DNA of 64,000 nt. Source: an uncultured delta proteobacterium. Its GTDB lineage: Bacteria; Desulfobacterota; Binatia; Binatales; Binataceae. Each line of letters opens with the position of its first letter. Position 1 is the first letter of the stretch. The stretch lies in the NCBI GenBank assembly GCA_963747845.1, contig CAVVGR010000008.1, forward strand, positions 65,091-129,090, read 5' to 3'. The translations under genes were made by a program, and so were the position numbers. Shown piece after piece: positions 55,620 to 64,000 of the stretch. The notes under the pieces were generated by a model. It had not been told where the DNA came from, did not search any database, and saw only the letters and a program-made list of their open reading frames with translations.

Positions 55620-56081
55620 ATGAAACTGTGGCCCTTAGCTCTGCTTGCATGTCTCGCTGGATGCGCGCTTGGGGCGCGGCCCGAAGCTCCCGTCTATTCC
55701 AACTCGAGCCTTAGCGGGAAGTACCGGCTGAGCTCGACCGCCAAGCCACTCGTCAACTACGGCGGCGGTCCGGCGATCGGCGAAGGCGAAGTCGTGTTCG
55801 ACGGCCATGGCAACCTGTCCGGCACGGAAACATTCCTGGGCGTTCCTGCCGCTATCCGCGGCACTTACCAGATTGAGCACGATGGCTCCGGCACCGCGTC
55901 GATGACCACCACTCTCAACGACGGCGTTTCTTACAACGGTGCGCTCTCGCTTCAGATCCACGACGACGGACAAATTCAGTTCGTGTCCAAGGGATTGCCG
56001 CAAAATAACGACTGGGTCAGCGGCGAGGAGCTGATGGCGGAAGGGCAGCCGGGCCTGCAGGGCGCTTTCGAGAAGGAGTGA
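55620..56081 (+). CDS. lipoprotein, hypothetical
   Basis: ORF 55554..56081 trimmed to MKLWPLALLACLAGCA (lipobox). The upstream part is a translated REP-A repeat. Confidence 0.6.
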   Translation: MKLWPLALLACLAGCALGARPEAPVYSNSSLSGKYRLSSTAKPLVNYGGGPAIGEGEVVFDGHGNLSGTETFLGVPAAIRGTYQIEHDGSGTASMTTTLNDGVSYNGALSLQIHDDGQIQFVSKGLPQNNDWVSGEELMAEGQPGLQGAFEKE

Positions 56082-56103
56082 GTCGGGCGCGCGGGGAATT
56101 GAA

Positions 56104-57099
56104 ATGAGTATCAAGGTCGCAATTCTCGACGACTACGCCAAGGTTGCGCTCGAGCTCGCCGACTGGTCGGTGCTCGACGGCAAGGCCGACATAACCGTCT
56201 TCGATCGCCATCTCACGGAACACGAGGCCGCCACCGCGCTTCGTCCCTTCGACGTGCTCTGCACCGTTCGCGAGCGGATGAGCTTGCCGCGCAGCCTGTT
56301 CGAGCGGCTGCCTAATCTCAAGCTGGTGACAATCATTGGAATGTCGCTGCCCAATCTCGACATGGCGGCCGCGACCGATCACGGCGTGATCGTCTCGCAT
56401 TCAAATTTCACGAATCCGCTTTTCGCCAACATGGTCCACGCGACACCGGAGCTGACCTGGGGATTGATGATCGCGACCGTGCGCCATATGAGCCTCGAAG
56501 GCCGCCGGATGCACGAGGGCGCATGGCAGCAAACCGTTGGAGTGAATCTCTTCGGGCGCACGCTCGGCCTTCTGGGCCTCGGGCGCATCGGCTTGCGGAT
56601 GGCGGAATATGCGCGCGCGTTCGGGATGCCGGTGATCGCATGGAGTCAGAACCTGACCGACGAAACGGCGAAGTCGGTCGGGGCAAAGCGCGTCATCAAG
56701 GACGACCTGTTCCGCCTTTCCGATATTGTCTCGATTCACGTGCGTCTCAGCGATCGCACTCACGGCCTCGTCACCGCGCGCGAGCTCGCGCTGATGAAAC
56801 GCGACTCGTATCTGATCAACACGTCGCGCGGACCGATCGTCGTCGAGAACGATCTGATCACCGCACTGCGCGAAGGTCGAATCGCGGGCGCCGGCCTCGA
56901 CGTCTTCGATCAAGAGCCGCCCCCGCCCGACCATCCGTTTCGCACGATGGACAACGTCACCGTCACGCCCCATCTCGGATACGTGACCCGCGAGGCCCTC
57001 ACCGCGTTTTACGCAGACACCGTTGAAGCAGTCCTGGCGTTCGCAAACGGCACGCCGATCAGGATCGCAAATCCCAACGCACTCGCGCGAAGAACCTAA
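56104..57099 (+). CDS. D-isomer-specific 2-hydroxyacid dehydrogenase
   Basis: GLLGLGRIGLRMA NAD motif. NTSRGPIV, DVFDQEPP, TPHLGY catalytic-region motifs. Confidence 0.85.
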   Translation: MSIKVAILDDYAKVALELADWSVLDGKADITVFDRHLTEHEAATALRPFDVLCTVRERMSLPRSLFERLPNLKLVTIIGMSLPNLDMAAATDHGVIVSHSNFTNPLFANMVHATPELTWGLMIATVRHMSLEGRRMHEGAWQQTVGVNLFGRTLGLLGLGRIGLRMAEYARAFGMPVIAWSQNLTDETAKSVGAKRVIKDDLFRLSDIVSIHVRLSDRTHGLVTARELALMKRDSYLINTSRGPIVVENDLITALREGRIAGAGLDVFDQEPPPPDHPFRTMDNVTVTPHLGYVTREALTAFYADTVEAVLAFANGTPIRIANPNALARRT

Positions 57100-57104
57100 T
57101 CGTA

Positions 57105-57201
57105 TGTGAAACCCGCGGTGGGTTTCACACTTCCTTCGGCAGGGGTAACCCCTGCACCCTAGTATTAAGAAAAAGATGCGGGGCTTCGCCCCTGTTAGAA
57201 C
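57105..57201 (+). repeat. REP-A repeat, full length
   Basis: TGTGAAACCCGCGGTGGGTTTCACA / GCAGGGGTAACCCCTGC / GGGGCTTCGCCCC. Confidence 0.8.
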
Positions 57202-57231
57202 GGGTTGGGGTGGAGGGTCGATCCGAATCTT

Positions 57232-57717
57232 TGCCTCGCCCCATGAGGGAGAGGCCTGCCGCTCGTCTTCGAGCGGCAGGTGAGGGACCAAATTTCCTGA
57301 TTCTTAATTCTGCTTTGCATGAGCGATTACTGTTCGCGGTAATCCAGAAAAGATGCAGAAGGACATCTTTATATGTGGACCCTCACCCGACCTTCGAGGA
57401 CGAACTCGGCCTCTCCCTGATCGGGAGAGGCTATTACGCGATGACGCTCGAGGTGAAGCTCTCGTGCGCGGTGATCCATCCTAGCCTCTCCCTGTCAGGG
57501 AGAGGCCGCCGCAGCGCGGCGGGTGAGGGTCCGAATTCCTGATTCTTAATTCTGTCTTGCGTTAGCGATTATGTTCGCGGCAATCCAGAAAAGATGCAGA
57601 AGGACATCTTTATATTTGGACCCTCACCCGACGTTCGAGGACGTACGTCGGCCTCTCCCTGATAGGGAGAGGCTATTACGCGATGACGCCTGAGGTGCGC
57701 AGGCGCTTTAGATCATC
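57232..57717. repeat. tandem duplication (2 x about 243 bp) of a long palindromic REP-B-bounded element, including the CoA-transferase 3' end
   Basis: Anchors GGTGAGGG at 57279 and 57522 and CTATTACGCGATGACGC at 57431 and 57673. About 90 percent identity by eye. Confidence 0.8.
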
Positions 57718-58878
57718 TGCCGAGTAGCCGTGGGCGGCTAGCACTTCATCAGTATGCTCGCCTACCAGCGGCGGCCTTGTGACCTTTCCCGGAGTCGATT
57801 CGAGCTTGGCGGCTAATCCCGTCGTCAGAAATTCGCCGAGTTCCGGATGCGGCATTTTCAGCAGCATCTCGCGCGCTGCGGTCTGCGGATGCTTGAACAT
57901 TTCTTCGATCGTGAGAATCGGGCCCGCCGGGATGCCTTCCCGATTCAGCAGTGCGATCCAGTGCTCGGCGGAATTGGATGCGAGCGCGAGATTTATCTCT
58001 TCGGTGAGCTCGGCGCGATTTTTTACGCGGCGGCCGGCGCTCTTGAACCGTTCGTCGTCTGCCAGTCCGGGACGCTCAATCGCCTTGACGAACTTTTTCC
58101 ACATCGCTTCGCTGCCGCATGCGATGTTGAACGGCCGGTCCGACGCCTTGAAGACGCCGTACGGTGACGACAGCGGATGATTGTTGCCGGCCGGCCCCGG
58201 CGTCTTGCCGGTCTCGAAATAAATTCCCGCCGACCAGGTCAGGATGCTGACGATCGACTCGAGCAGCGACGTCTCGACCCGCTGGCCGCGGCCGTCGCGA
58301 TGGCGCGCTTCAAGCGCGAGCAGAATTCCCTGCGCCGAGAAAATTCCGCCGACCAGATCGCAGATGGCGATGCCCGAGCGGGTCGGCCCGCTCTCGACGG
58401 TGCCCGTCACGCTCATCAGACCCGACATCCCCTGCGCGATTTGATCGAAGCCGGGGAAATCGCGCAGCGGGCCGGTCGAGCCGAAGCCCGAGATCGAGCA
58501 TGTGATGATACGCGGGTTGCGCGCGGCGAGCGTTTCGTAACCGAGACCGAGCGCCTGCATGACGCCGGGGCGAAAGTTGTCGACCACCACGTCGGCGCTG
58601 TCGATAAGCCGCATCAGGACTTCGCGGCCTGCCGGCGTTTTGATCTCGAGGCGGATACTTTTCTTGGATCGATTGGTTGAAAGAAAGAAATAACTGTCAG
58701 GACCCTTGCCGTCGCCGCCGAGCTCGCCGCGCGCATTTTCGACCGGCTCGATTTTCAAGATCTCCGCGCCGTAGTCGCCGAGGATTTGGGTGCAGAACGG
58801 GCCGGCGAGGTAGCGCGTCAGATCGACGACTTTTATTCCCGTCAACGGGGGCGGTTGATGTTCGGCCATTGCGGTCAC
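57676..58878 (-). CDS. family III CoA-transferase (CaiB/BaiF/Frc type)
   Basis: LTGIKVVDLTRYLAGPFCTQILGDYGAEILKIEP...RNPRIITCSISGFG...FDQIAQGMSGLMSVTG. Confidence 0.88.
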   Translation of the reverse strand: MTAMAEHQPPPLTGIKVVDLTRYLAGPFCTQILGDYGAEILKIEPVENARGELGGDGKGPDSYFFLSTNRSKKSIRLEIKTPAGREVLMRLIDSADVVVDNFRPGVMQALGLGYETLAARNPRIITCSISGFGSTGPLRDFPGFDQIAQGMSGLMSVTGTVESGPTRSGIAICDLVGGIFSAQGILLALEARHRDGRGQRVETSLLESIVSILTWSAGIYFETGKTPGPAGNNHPLSSPYGVFKASDRPFNIACGSEAMWKKFVKAIERPGLADDERFKSAGRRVKNRAELTEEINLALASNSAEHWIALLNREGIPAGPILTIEEMFKHPQTAAREMLLKMPHPELGEFLTTGLAAKLESTPGKVTRPPLVGEHTDEVLAAHGYSADDLKRLRTSGVIA

Positions 58879-58970
58879 CTTTCGAGCGAAACTTCAGCGG
58901 CGGCGTTACGTCTAAGAGGCGATAGTCACTGGAAACGTATGAATGACCGGATAATAATTGAGCATCACCC

Positions 58971-60194
58971 ATGAAATTGTCCAGCATGAGCAAAACCGCG
59001 TGGATGCTCGCAATTGCCGCGCTAGTCATCGTGTGCGGCTGGTATTACTACGCCGATAGCGAGCCGGCGATGAGAATTGTCACCGCCAAGGTCACCGAGG
59101 GGCCGATCGTTCGTTCAGTCACAGCGACTGGAACGGTCAATCCGGTCATTACGGTGCAACTCGGCACCTACGTGTCGGGACCGATCATCGCAATTTACAA
59201 GGATTACAACGCGGCGGTTACGAAAGGGCAGCTAATCGCGAAAATCGATCCGAGCACCTACCAGGTTACGGTCGATATCGCGCAGGCGACGCTGGCGAAC
59301 TCGAAAGCGCAACTCGGCAAGGACCAGGCCGACCTCGCCTATAAGAAAGTTACTTACGAGCGCGATGCCGCTCTCTACAAGGACGACTCGGTCTCGAAGG
59401 ACACGCTGGATTCGGCGTATAGCGCGTGGCAGGAGGATGTCGCGCAGGTCAAGCTCGATCAGGCCAACATCCAGCAGCAGACGGCCAACGTGAAGGCGGC
59501 CGAGGTCAACCTCAACTACACCAATATTGTGTCGCCGGTCGACGGCACCGTGGTCTCGCGCAACGTCGACGTCGGACAGACGGTGGCGGCGAGTTTCCAG
59601 ACGCCGACGCTGTTCCTGATCGCCAAGGATCTCACCAAGATGCAGGTGGACTCGAACGTCAGCGAGTCCGATATCGGCTACGTCAAGGAAGGACAGAAGG
59701 CGAAGTTCCGCGTCGACGCGTTCCCCGACCGCGACTTCGACGGCGTCGTGAGCCAGGTTCGGCAGGCGCCGATCACAGTTCAGAACGTCGTGACTTACGA
59801 CGTGGTCGTAAGCGTCGAGAATCCCGAGTTGCTGCTGAAGCCGGGGATGACGGCGAATGTGAACGTCATCACGGCGTCGAAGCCCAAAGTGATCCGGGTG
59901 CCGATCGACGCGCTGCGCTTCTCGCCGCCCGGACAGCCGCCGGCCGACTCCGCGGCGATTGATGGAGCGCCGGGCGCGCAAACGCGGGTCTGGGTGCTGG
60001 CGGATCACAAGGTCACACCGGTCGCTATCACCACCGGCCTCAGCGACGGGACCTGGGTCGAAGTCGCCGACGGCGACCTCGAGGCAGGCGATCGCGTGGT
60101 GACGGACGAAGTGCGCAGCACAACGGCGCATGCGGCGGGATCGCACGGCGGCGCCGGCAGTCCGATGGGCGGGATGATGCATATGCCGCACTAG
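58971..60194 (+). CDS. macA: efflux periplasmic adaptor (HlyD/MacA-like)
   Basis: N-terminal TM. ...VTATGTVNPVITVQLGTYVSGPI..., coiled-coil, ...TANVNVI... Confidence 0.8.
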   Translation: MKLSSMSKTAWMLAIAALVIVCGWYYYADSEPAMRIVTAKVTEGPIVRSVTATGTVNPVITVQLGTYVSGPIIAIYKDYNAAVTKGQLIAKIDPSTYQVTVDIAQATLANSKAQLGKDQADLAYKKVTYERDAALYKDDSVSKDTLDSAYSAWQEDVAQVKLDQANIQQQTANVKAAEVNLNYTNIVSPVDGTVVSRNVDVGQTVAASFQTPTLFLIAKDLTKMQVDSNVSESDIGYVKEGQKAKFRVDAFPDRDFDGVVSQVRQAPITVQNVVTYDVVVSVENPELLLKPGMTANVNVITASKPKVIRVPIDALRFSPPGQPPADSAAIDGAPGAQTRVWVLADHKVTPVAITTGLSDGTWVEVADGDLEAGDRVVTDEVRSTTAHAAGSHGGAGSPMGGMMHMPH

Positions 60195-60212
60195 CCGCGC
60201 GTTGCTGTTCAG

Positions 60213-62369
60213 ATGAACACCGTTATTGAAATCATCGGCATGACCAAGACCTACGTGCTTGGCGATATCGAGGTGCATGCGCTGCGCGGGGTCAACCTGA
60301 CGATTGAGCGCGGCGAGTTCCTCGCGGTGATGGGTGCGTCGGGGTCGGGCAAATCGACGCTGATGAACATGCTGGGATGCCTCGACCGTCCGACCAGCGG
60401 CCGCTACATCCTCGAGGGCGAAGACGTCGCGCAGCTGAACGAGTCGGAGCTCGCGACCATCCGCAGCAAGCGAATCGGCTTCGTCTTTCAGAATTTCAAC
60501 CTGCTCTCGCGAACCTCGGCGCTCGAGAACGTCGAGCTGCCGCTGTTCTACTCGGCGTGGACCGCCGACGGGGAGCATCGCGCGGCCGACCTGGTGAAAC
60601 TGGTCGGACTGGCCGGCCGCGAGCAGAACCATCCCAATCAGCTCTCGGGCGGGCAGCAGCAACGCGTCGCAATTGCGCGCGCGCTGGTGAATCGCCCCTC
60701 GATACTGCTGGCCGACGAGCCGACCGGCAACCTCGACTCGACCAACTCGGCCGAGATAATGGACGTGCTCACCAACCTCAATCGGCAGCAGGGAATTACG
60801 GTGATCGTGGTCACGCACGATCCCGACGTGGCGGCGTACGCGGATCGGACCGTGACGTTTCGCGACGGCGTCATCATCTCGGACACGCGCAAGGAAGGAA
60901 GCGGCGCGCGCGCCGGCGCAGTCGGCAAACCTGCCGCTTCGGCACCGGCTACAGAGGCGCAGCAGGCGGCGTCGATGGTGGACGAGGTGTGGACCTTCGC
61001 CAGCATGGCGGTGGTCGCGGCGGGACGCGCGATCAGGCGCAACAAGCTGCGCGCGGCGCTCACGATGCTGGGTATTTTTATCGGCGTCGCGGCAGTGATC
61101 ACGATGGTCGCCGTGGGCGACGGCGCGAAATCATCGGTGGAAGCGCAAATCAACAGCCTCGGCACCAACCTGCTGGTGGTGTTGCCGGGCGCGACGACTG
61201 CCAATGGCGTACGCGCCGGTCTCGGCAGCAATTCGACGCTGACGATCGGCGACGCCGACGCGATTGCGCGCGGCGGAGGGCCGGTCGCGCTGGTCACGTA
61301 TATGGATCGGCAGGTGGCGCAGGTGGTCTCGGGAAATCGCAACTGGAGCACCAACATCCAGGGCACGACCTCGAACTATTTTTCGATTCGCGATTGGCCG
61401 CCGTCGATCGGCCGCATTTTCACCGACTCGGAAGAAAAGGCCGGCGCCGCGGTATGCCTGCTCGGGCAGACGGTCGTGGACAACCTGTTTGGCGAGGGAC
61501 AGAACCCGGTCGGCGCGACTATCCGGGTGAAGAATTTCCCGATGAAAGTGATCGGCGTGCTGTCGGTCAAGGGACAGTCGAGCTACGGGCAGGACCAGGA
61601 CGACGTCGTAATCGTGCCGTTCAACACTGCCGAGCGCAAAGTTCTCGGGGTGTCGGCGCCGCAGTCGACACCCGCGCCCGCGGCAGTCTCGACCGCGACC
61701 ACGTCCAACTGCGCTACCTGCGTTTACCAGTCGGTGCCGACCACCAACTCGGTTTACAGCTCGACCACCGAGGAGACCAACGCGTACGGCGCCGCGGCAA
61801 AAATCACCGGCGTCGTGAATACGATGTACATCAAGGCGACCAGCTCCGACCAGGTCGACAACGCGGTTGCGCAAATCACCCGCGAGCTGCATGAGCGGCA
61901 TCATATCCAGGCCAAGCAGGATGACGACTTCACGGTGCGCAATCTCAGCGAGATTGCGGCGGCGTCGGAGAGCGCGACGCAGGTAATGACGATGCTGCTG
62001 CTGGCGGTCGCGTCGATCTCGCTGCTGGTCGGCGGCATCGGAATCATGAACATCATGCTGGTGTCGGTGACCGAGCGCACGCGCGAGATAGGAATCCGGA
62101 TGGCTATAGGCGCGCGCCGGATTCACATCATGCTGCAGTTCCTGGTCGAGGCGATGCTGCTGTCGGTGATGGGCGGGTTTGCCGGGATAGTGCTGGGGAT
62201 CCTCGTGTCGAAGCTGATTTCGGCGCTGGCGCAATGGCCGACGCTGGTCTCGCCGGTTGCGGTGGCGGGCGGTTTTATCTTTTCTGCGGCGGTGGGAGTC
62301 TTCTTCGGCTATTACCCGGCGCGCAAGGCCAGCCTGCTGCATCCGATTGACGCGCTGCGCTACGAGTAG
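60213..62369 (+). CDS. macB: MacB-type ABC transporter (fused ATPase + FtsX permease)
   Basis: Walker [26 protein letters not shown], Walker B LLADEP. MacB_PCD and FtsX domains with a Ser/Thr/Ala-rich insertion. Confidence 0.88.
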   Translation: MNTVIEIIGMTKTYVLGDIEVHALRGVNLTIERGEFLAVMGASGSGKSTLMNMLGCLDRPTSGRYILEGEDVAQLNESELATIRSKRIGFVFQNFNLLSRTSALENVELPLFYSAWTADGEHRAADLVKLVGLAGREQNHPNQLSGGQQQRVAIARALVNRPSILLADEPTGNLDSTNSAEIMDVLTNLNRQQGITVIVVTHDPDVAAYADRTVTFRDGVIISDTRKEGSGARAGAVGKPAASAPATEAQQAASMVDEVWTFASMAVVAAGRAIRRNKLRAALTMLGIFIGVAAVITMVAVGDGAKSSVEAQINSLGTNLLVVLPGATTANGVRAGLGSNSTLTIGDADAIARGGGPVALVTYMDRQVAQVVSGNRNWSTNIQGTTSNYFSIRDWPPSIGRIFTDSEEKAGAAVCLLGQTVVDNLFGEGQNPVGATIRVKNFPMKVIGVLSVKGQSSYGQDQDDVVIVPFNTAERKVLGVSAPQSTPAPAAVSTATTSNCATCVYQSVPTTNSVYSSTTEETNAYGAAAKITGVVNTMYIKATSSDQVDNAVAQITRELHERHHIQAKQDDDFTVRNLSEIAAASESATQVMTMLLLAVASISLLVGGIGIMNIMLVSVTERTREIGIRMAIGARRIHIMLQFLVEAMLLSVMGGFAGIVLGILVSKLISALAQWPTLVSPVAVAGGFIFSAAVGVFFGYYPARKASLLHPIDALRYE

Positions 62370-62599
62370 CTAATTCTCTCCCGCTTATGCCCGCGTCGAA
62401 GTATTAGTTTTTCGATGTAAAATCGAACACTTAGCTCATTAATGATTGCGGTTCCTTGCATAACTTTTATTTATGTTCACTGACTTTGTGTGAAGCAAAA
62501 GTTATTTTTGTGCTTGTCTCCCGAGAACCCATGTGATGCCCTAAGGGAACAAATCTGCAAGCCCTGCCGTTTAACAGTTACCCAGGAGGTTTCCGAAGG

Positions 62600-63904
62600 A
62601 TGTTTTTTCGTTCTACCCGTAGTGCATGGAAAGTCACGGGTGTCGGCGCGCTCGTCATGAGCGTTTGCATGCTCGCCGCCACCGCCCGGGCCGGAGTTAA
62701 GCCCGGTGAGGTTATCACTCCGCAAAACGCGTCGGAGGTCAAAAACCTGGTGTCGCCGGGCGTCTACTACATGGTGACGCATGGCATGCAGATGGATATC
62801 GTGCCGTCCGAGCGCGTCGATTGGCCGCCTCCGTTCAAGGACGCGACCGAGAAGTATTCGTCGCAGGTCCGCCTGACTGACGACCATCGTTCGCTGGTTG
62901 GTTACGTCGCAGGCCAGCCGTTCCCGCTGATCGACACCAACGATCCTCAAGTCGCGGAGAAGATCATGTGGAACAACGTGTTCCGCCCGATCAGCACCGA
63001 CGACTACGATCTGCGCTTTTACGATTGCCAGATCGAGTACGTAAATCCGGGTCATGATCAGAAGATGATCAACGACATCCAGGTCGGCCACTACGCGGGT
63101 TACGATCTCGTGGGCCGCACTGAAGTAGAGCCGCTGCCGATCGATCCGGACTTCAAGAAGACCGGCCGTCTGTGGCTGTTCGCGTTGTATCCTCTGCTCG
63201 CGCCGCAGGAAGCGCGTGGCCAGGGACTCATTCGTTATCGCTACGCTTCGCCGACGCAGGGTGACGACACCTGGGATTGGAATCCGGGCAGCCGCCGCGT
63301 CCGCCGCCTGAACGAGTCGATCAACAGCAGCGCGACCGGAGCGCAGACCTTCGATCCCGACCATTATTCAGGCTTCAACCCCAAGACTGAAGAGTACAAC
63401 TACAAGTTCCTGGGCGATAAGGAGATGCTCGCGGTGGCGCATGCCCGGCATTCTCCCGAGGTGACCTGCCCGACCGACGGTGGCGCGTCAGCGTGCCCCG
63501 AGGATTGGGAGATGCGCCATATCTATATAGTCGAGGCGACCCCGAATCGCGCGATCGGCCAGGCGGGCGACGTGCTCGACAAGGACACCGTCGTGTACAT
63601 GGACTCGGAAGTGTGGTTCGAGCCGTACGTCGATGGCTACGATCAGAAGGGCGCGCTGTGGCGCACCAACATCTACTGGGCGGCGTATCGCGACCGTCCG
63701 GTGCCCGATGCGCGCGTGGCGATTTACCCCTTCAAGCGCGAGTTCATCGTGGGTGCTGCCCGCTACGACGTTCAGTCGGGTTTCGCTACGATGTGTTACT
63801 TGCCGGGACAGAATACGCCCGAGCGCGAATGCTGGTACATCAACATGGGCGCGGTGGACAAGGATTTCTTCACCACCCAGTCGATGGTGAAGGCAGCGCC
63901 GTAA
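62600..63904 (+). CDS. DUF1329 (LolA-like, outer-membrane lipoprotein-sorting fold) secreted protein
   Basis: SD AGGAGG. Signal peptide ...VMSVCMLAATARA. 434 aa, family assignment from overall pattern. Confidence 0.6.
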   Translation: MFFRSTRSAWKVTGVGALVMSVCMLAATARAGVKPGEVITPQNASEVKNLVSPGVYYMVTHGMQMDIVPSERVDWPPPFKDATEKYSSQVRLTDDHRSLVGYVAGQPFPLIDTNDPQVAEKIMWNNVFRPISTDDYDLRFYDCQIEYVNPGHDQKMINDIQVGHYAGYDLVGRTEVEPLPIDPDFKKTGRLWLFALYPLLAPQEARGQGLIRYRYASPTQGDDTWDWNPGSRRVRRLNESINSSATGAQTFDPDHYSGFNPKTEEYNYKFLGDKEMLAVAHARHSPEVTCPTDGGASACPEDWEMRHIYIVEATPNRAIGQAGDVLDKDTVVYMDSEVWFEPYVDGYDQKGALWRTNIYWAAYRDRPVPDARVAIYPFKREFIVGAARYDVQSGFATMCYLPGQNTPERECWYINMGAVDKDFFTTQSMVKAAP

Positions 63905-63951
63905 GCGAACTAGCTAGTTAAATCAGGGGTTTACGCCCCTCAGCAGACCGT

Positions 63952-63994
63952 CGGGGCGGTGCAGCGAGAAAGCTGCGCCGCCCCGCGCTTTTTT
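63952..63994 (+). terminator. rho-independent terminator
   Basis: CGGGGCGGTGCAGC-GAGAAA-GCTGCGCCGCCCCG (14-bp stem with one G-U) followed by CGCTTTTTT. Confidence 0.75.
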
Positions 63995-64000
63995 GGACCG

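Noticed and set aside
57210-57542. 110-aa ORF inside the tandem palindromic repeats (and 52369..52602 similarly)
   Set aside because: It is a translation of REP-A/REP-B repeats (peptides like RAAGEGPNF recur wherever the repeat occurs). It has no SD and is not protein-like.
52385-57717. Possible CRISPR array suggested by recurring palindromic repeats
   Set aside because: The repeats are 65-240 bp, irregularly spaced over kilobases and separated by normal genes. There are no short uniform spacers and no cas genes.
59232-60818. 528-aa minus-strand ORF across macA/macB
   Set aside because: Shadow ORF. The plus-strand genes carry Walker A/B and adaptor signatures.

Overview
GC-rich (by eye about two-thirds G+C) bacterial chromosomal segment from a diderm organism, judged from lipobox lipoproteins, an OM barrel, MacAB and a DUF1329/LolA-like protein. 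It holds about 66 tightly packed protein-coding genes on both strands, mostly housekeeping and acyl-CoA/lipid-type metabolism. These include: a ptrB fragment, a CDP-alcohol phosphatidyltransferase, MaoC/hotdog hydratases, biotin carboxylase plus BCCP, csp, moaB and fused moaD-moaE, ispH, deoxynucleoside kinase, an NhaP-type antiporter, an Hsp70-like ATPase, hydantoinase, a btuFCD-like importer, DNA polymerase II and rpoD. Also present are an arylsulfatase, etfBA plus a distant membrane Fe-S oxidoreductase, two epoxide hydrolases, an ECF sigma/anti-sigma pair next to a cupredoxin cluster, an IclR regulator, a family III CoA-transferase and macAB. I found no rRNA, tRNA, CRISPR array, cas, transposase, integrase, phage or recognisable defence genes, so no clear novel multi-gene system can be claimed. 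Five things are unusual. (1) An approx 0.8-kb cassette bounded by 19-nt inverted repeats and a 7-bp direct repeat carries only a DHFR-family gene and sits right after the moaE stop. (2) A family of structured intergenic repeats has compensatory stem changes (5 copies, two of them part of an approx 195-bp composite element). (3) An approx 243-bp tandem duplication of a long palindromic intergenic element includes the 3' end of the CoA-transferase gene. (4) A perfect 43-bp direct repeat brackets a 2.6-kb two-gene segment. (5) There is a high density of reading-frame disruptions in conserved genes, every clear one in the +1 direction. That pattern points to single-base insertion errors in the assembly, or less likely to decay or recoding. 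Coordinates of starts are best guesses from sequence only; no database search was possible.
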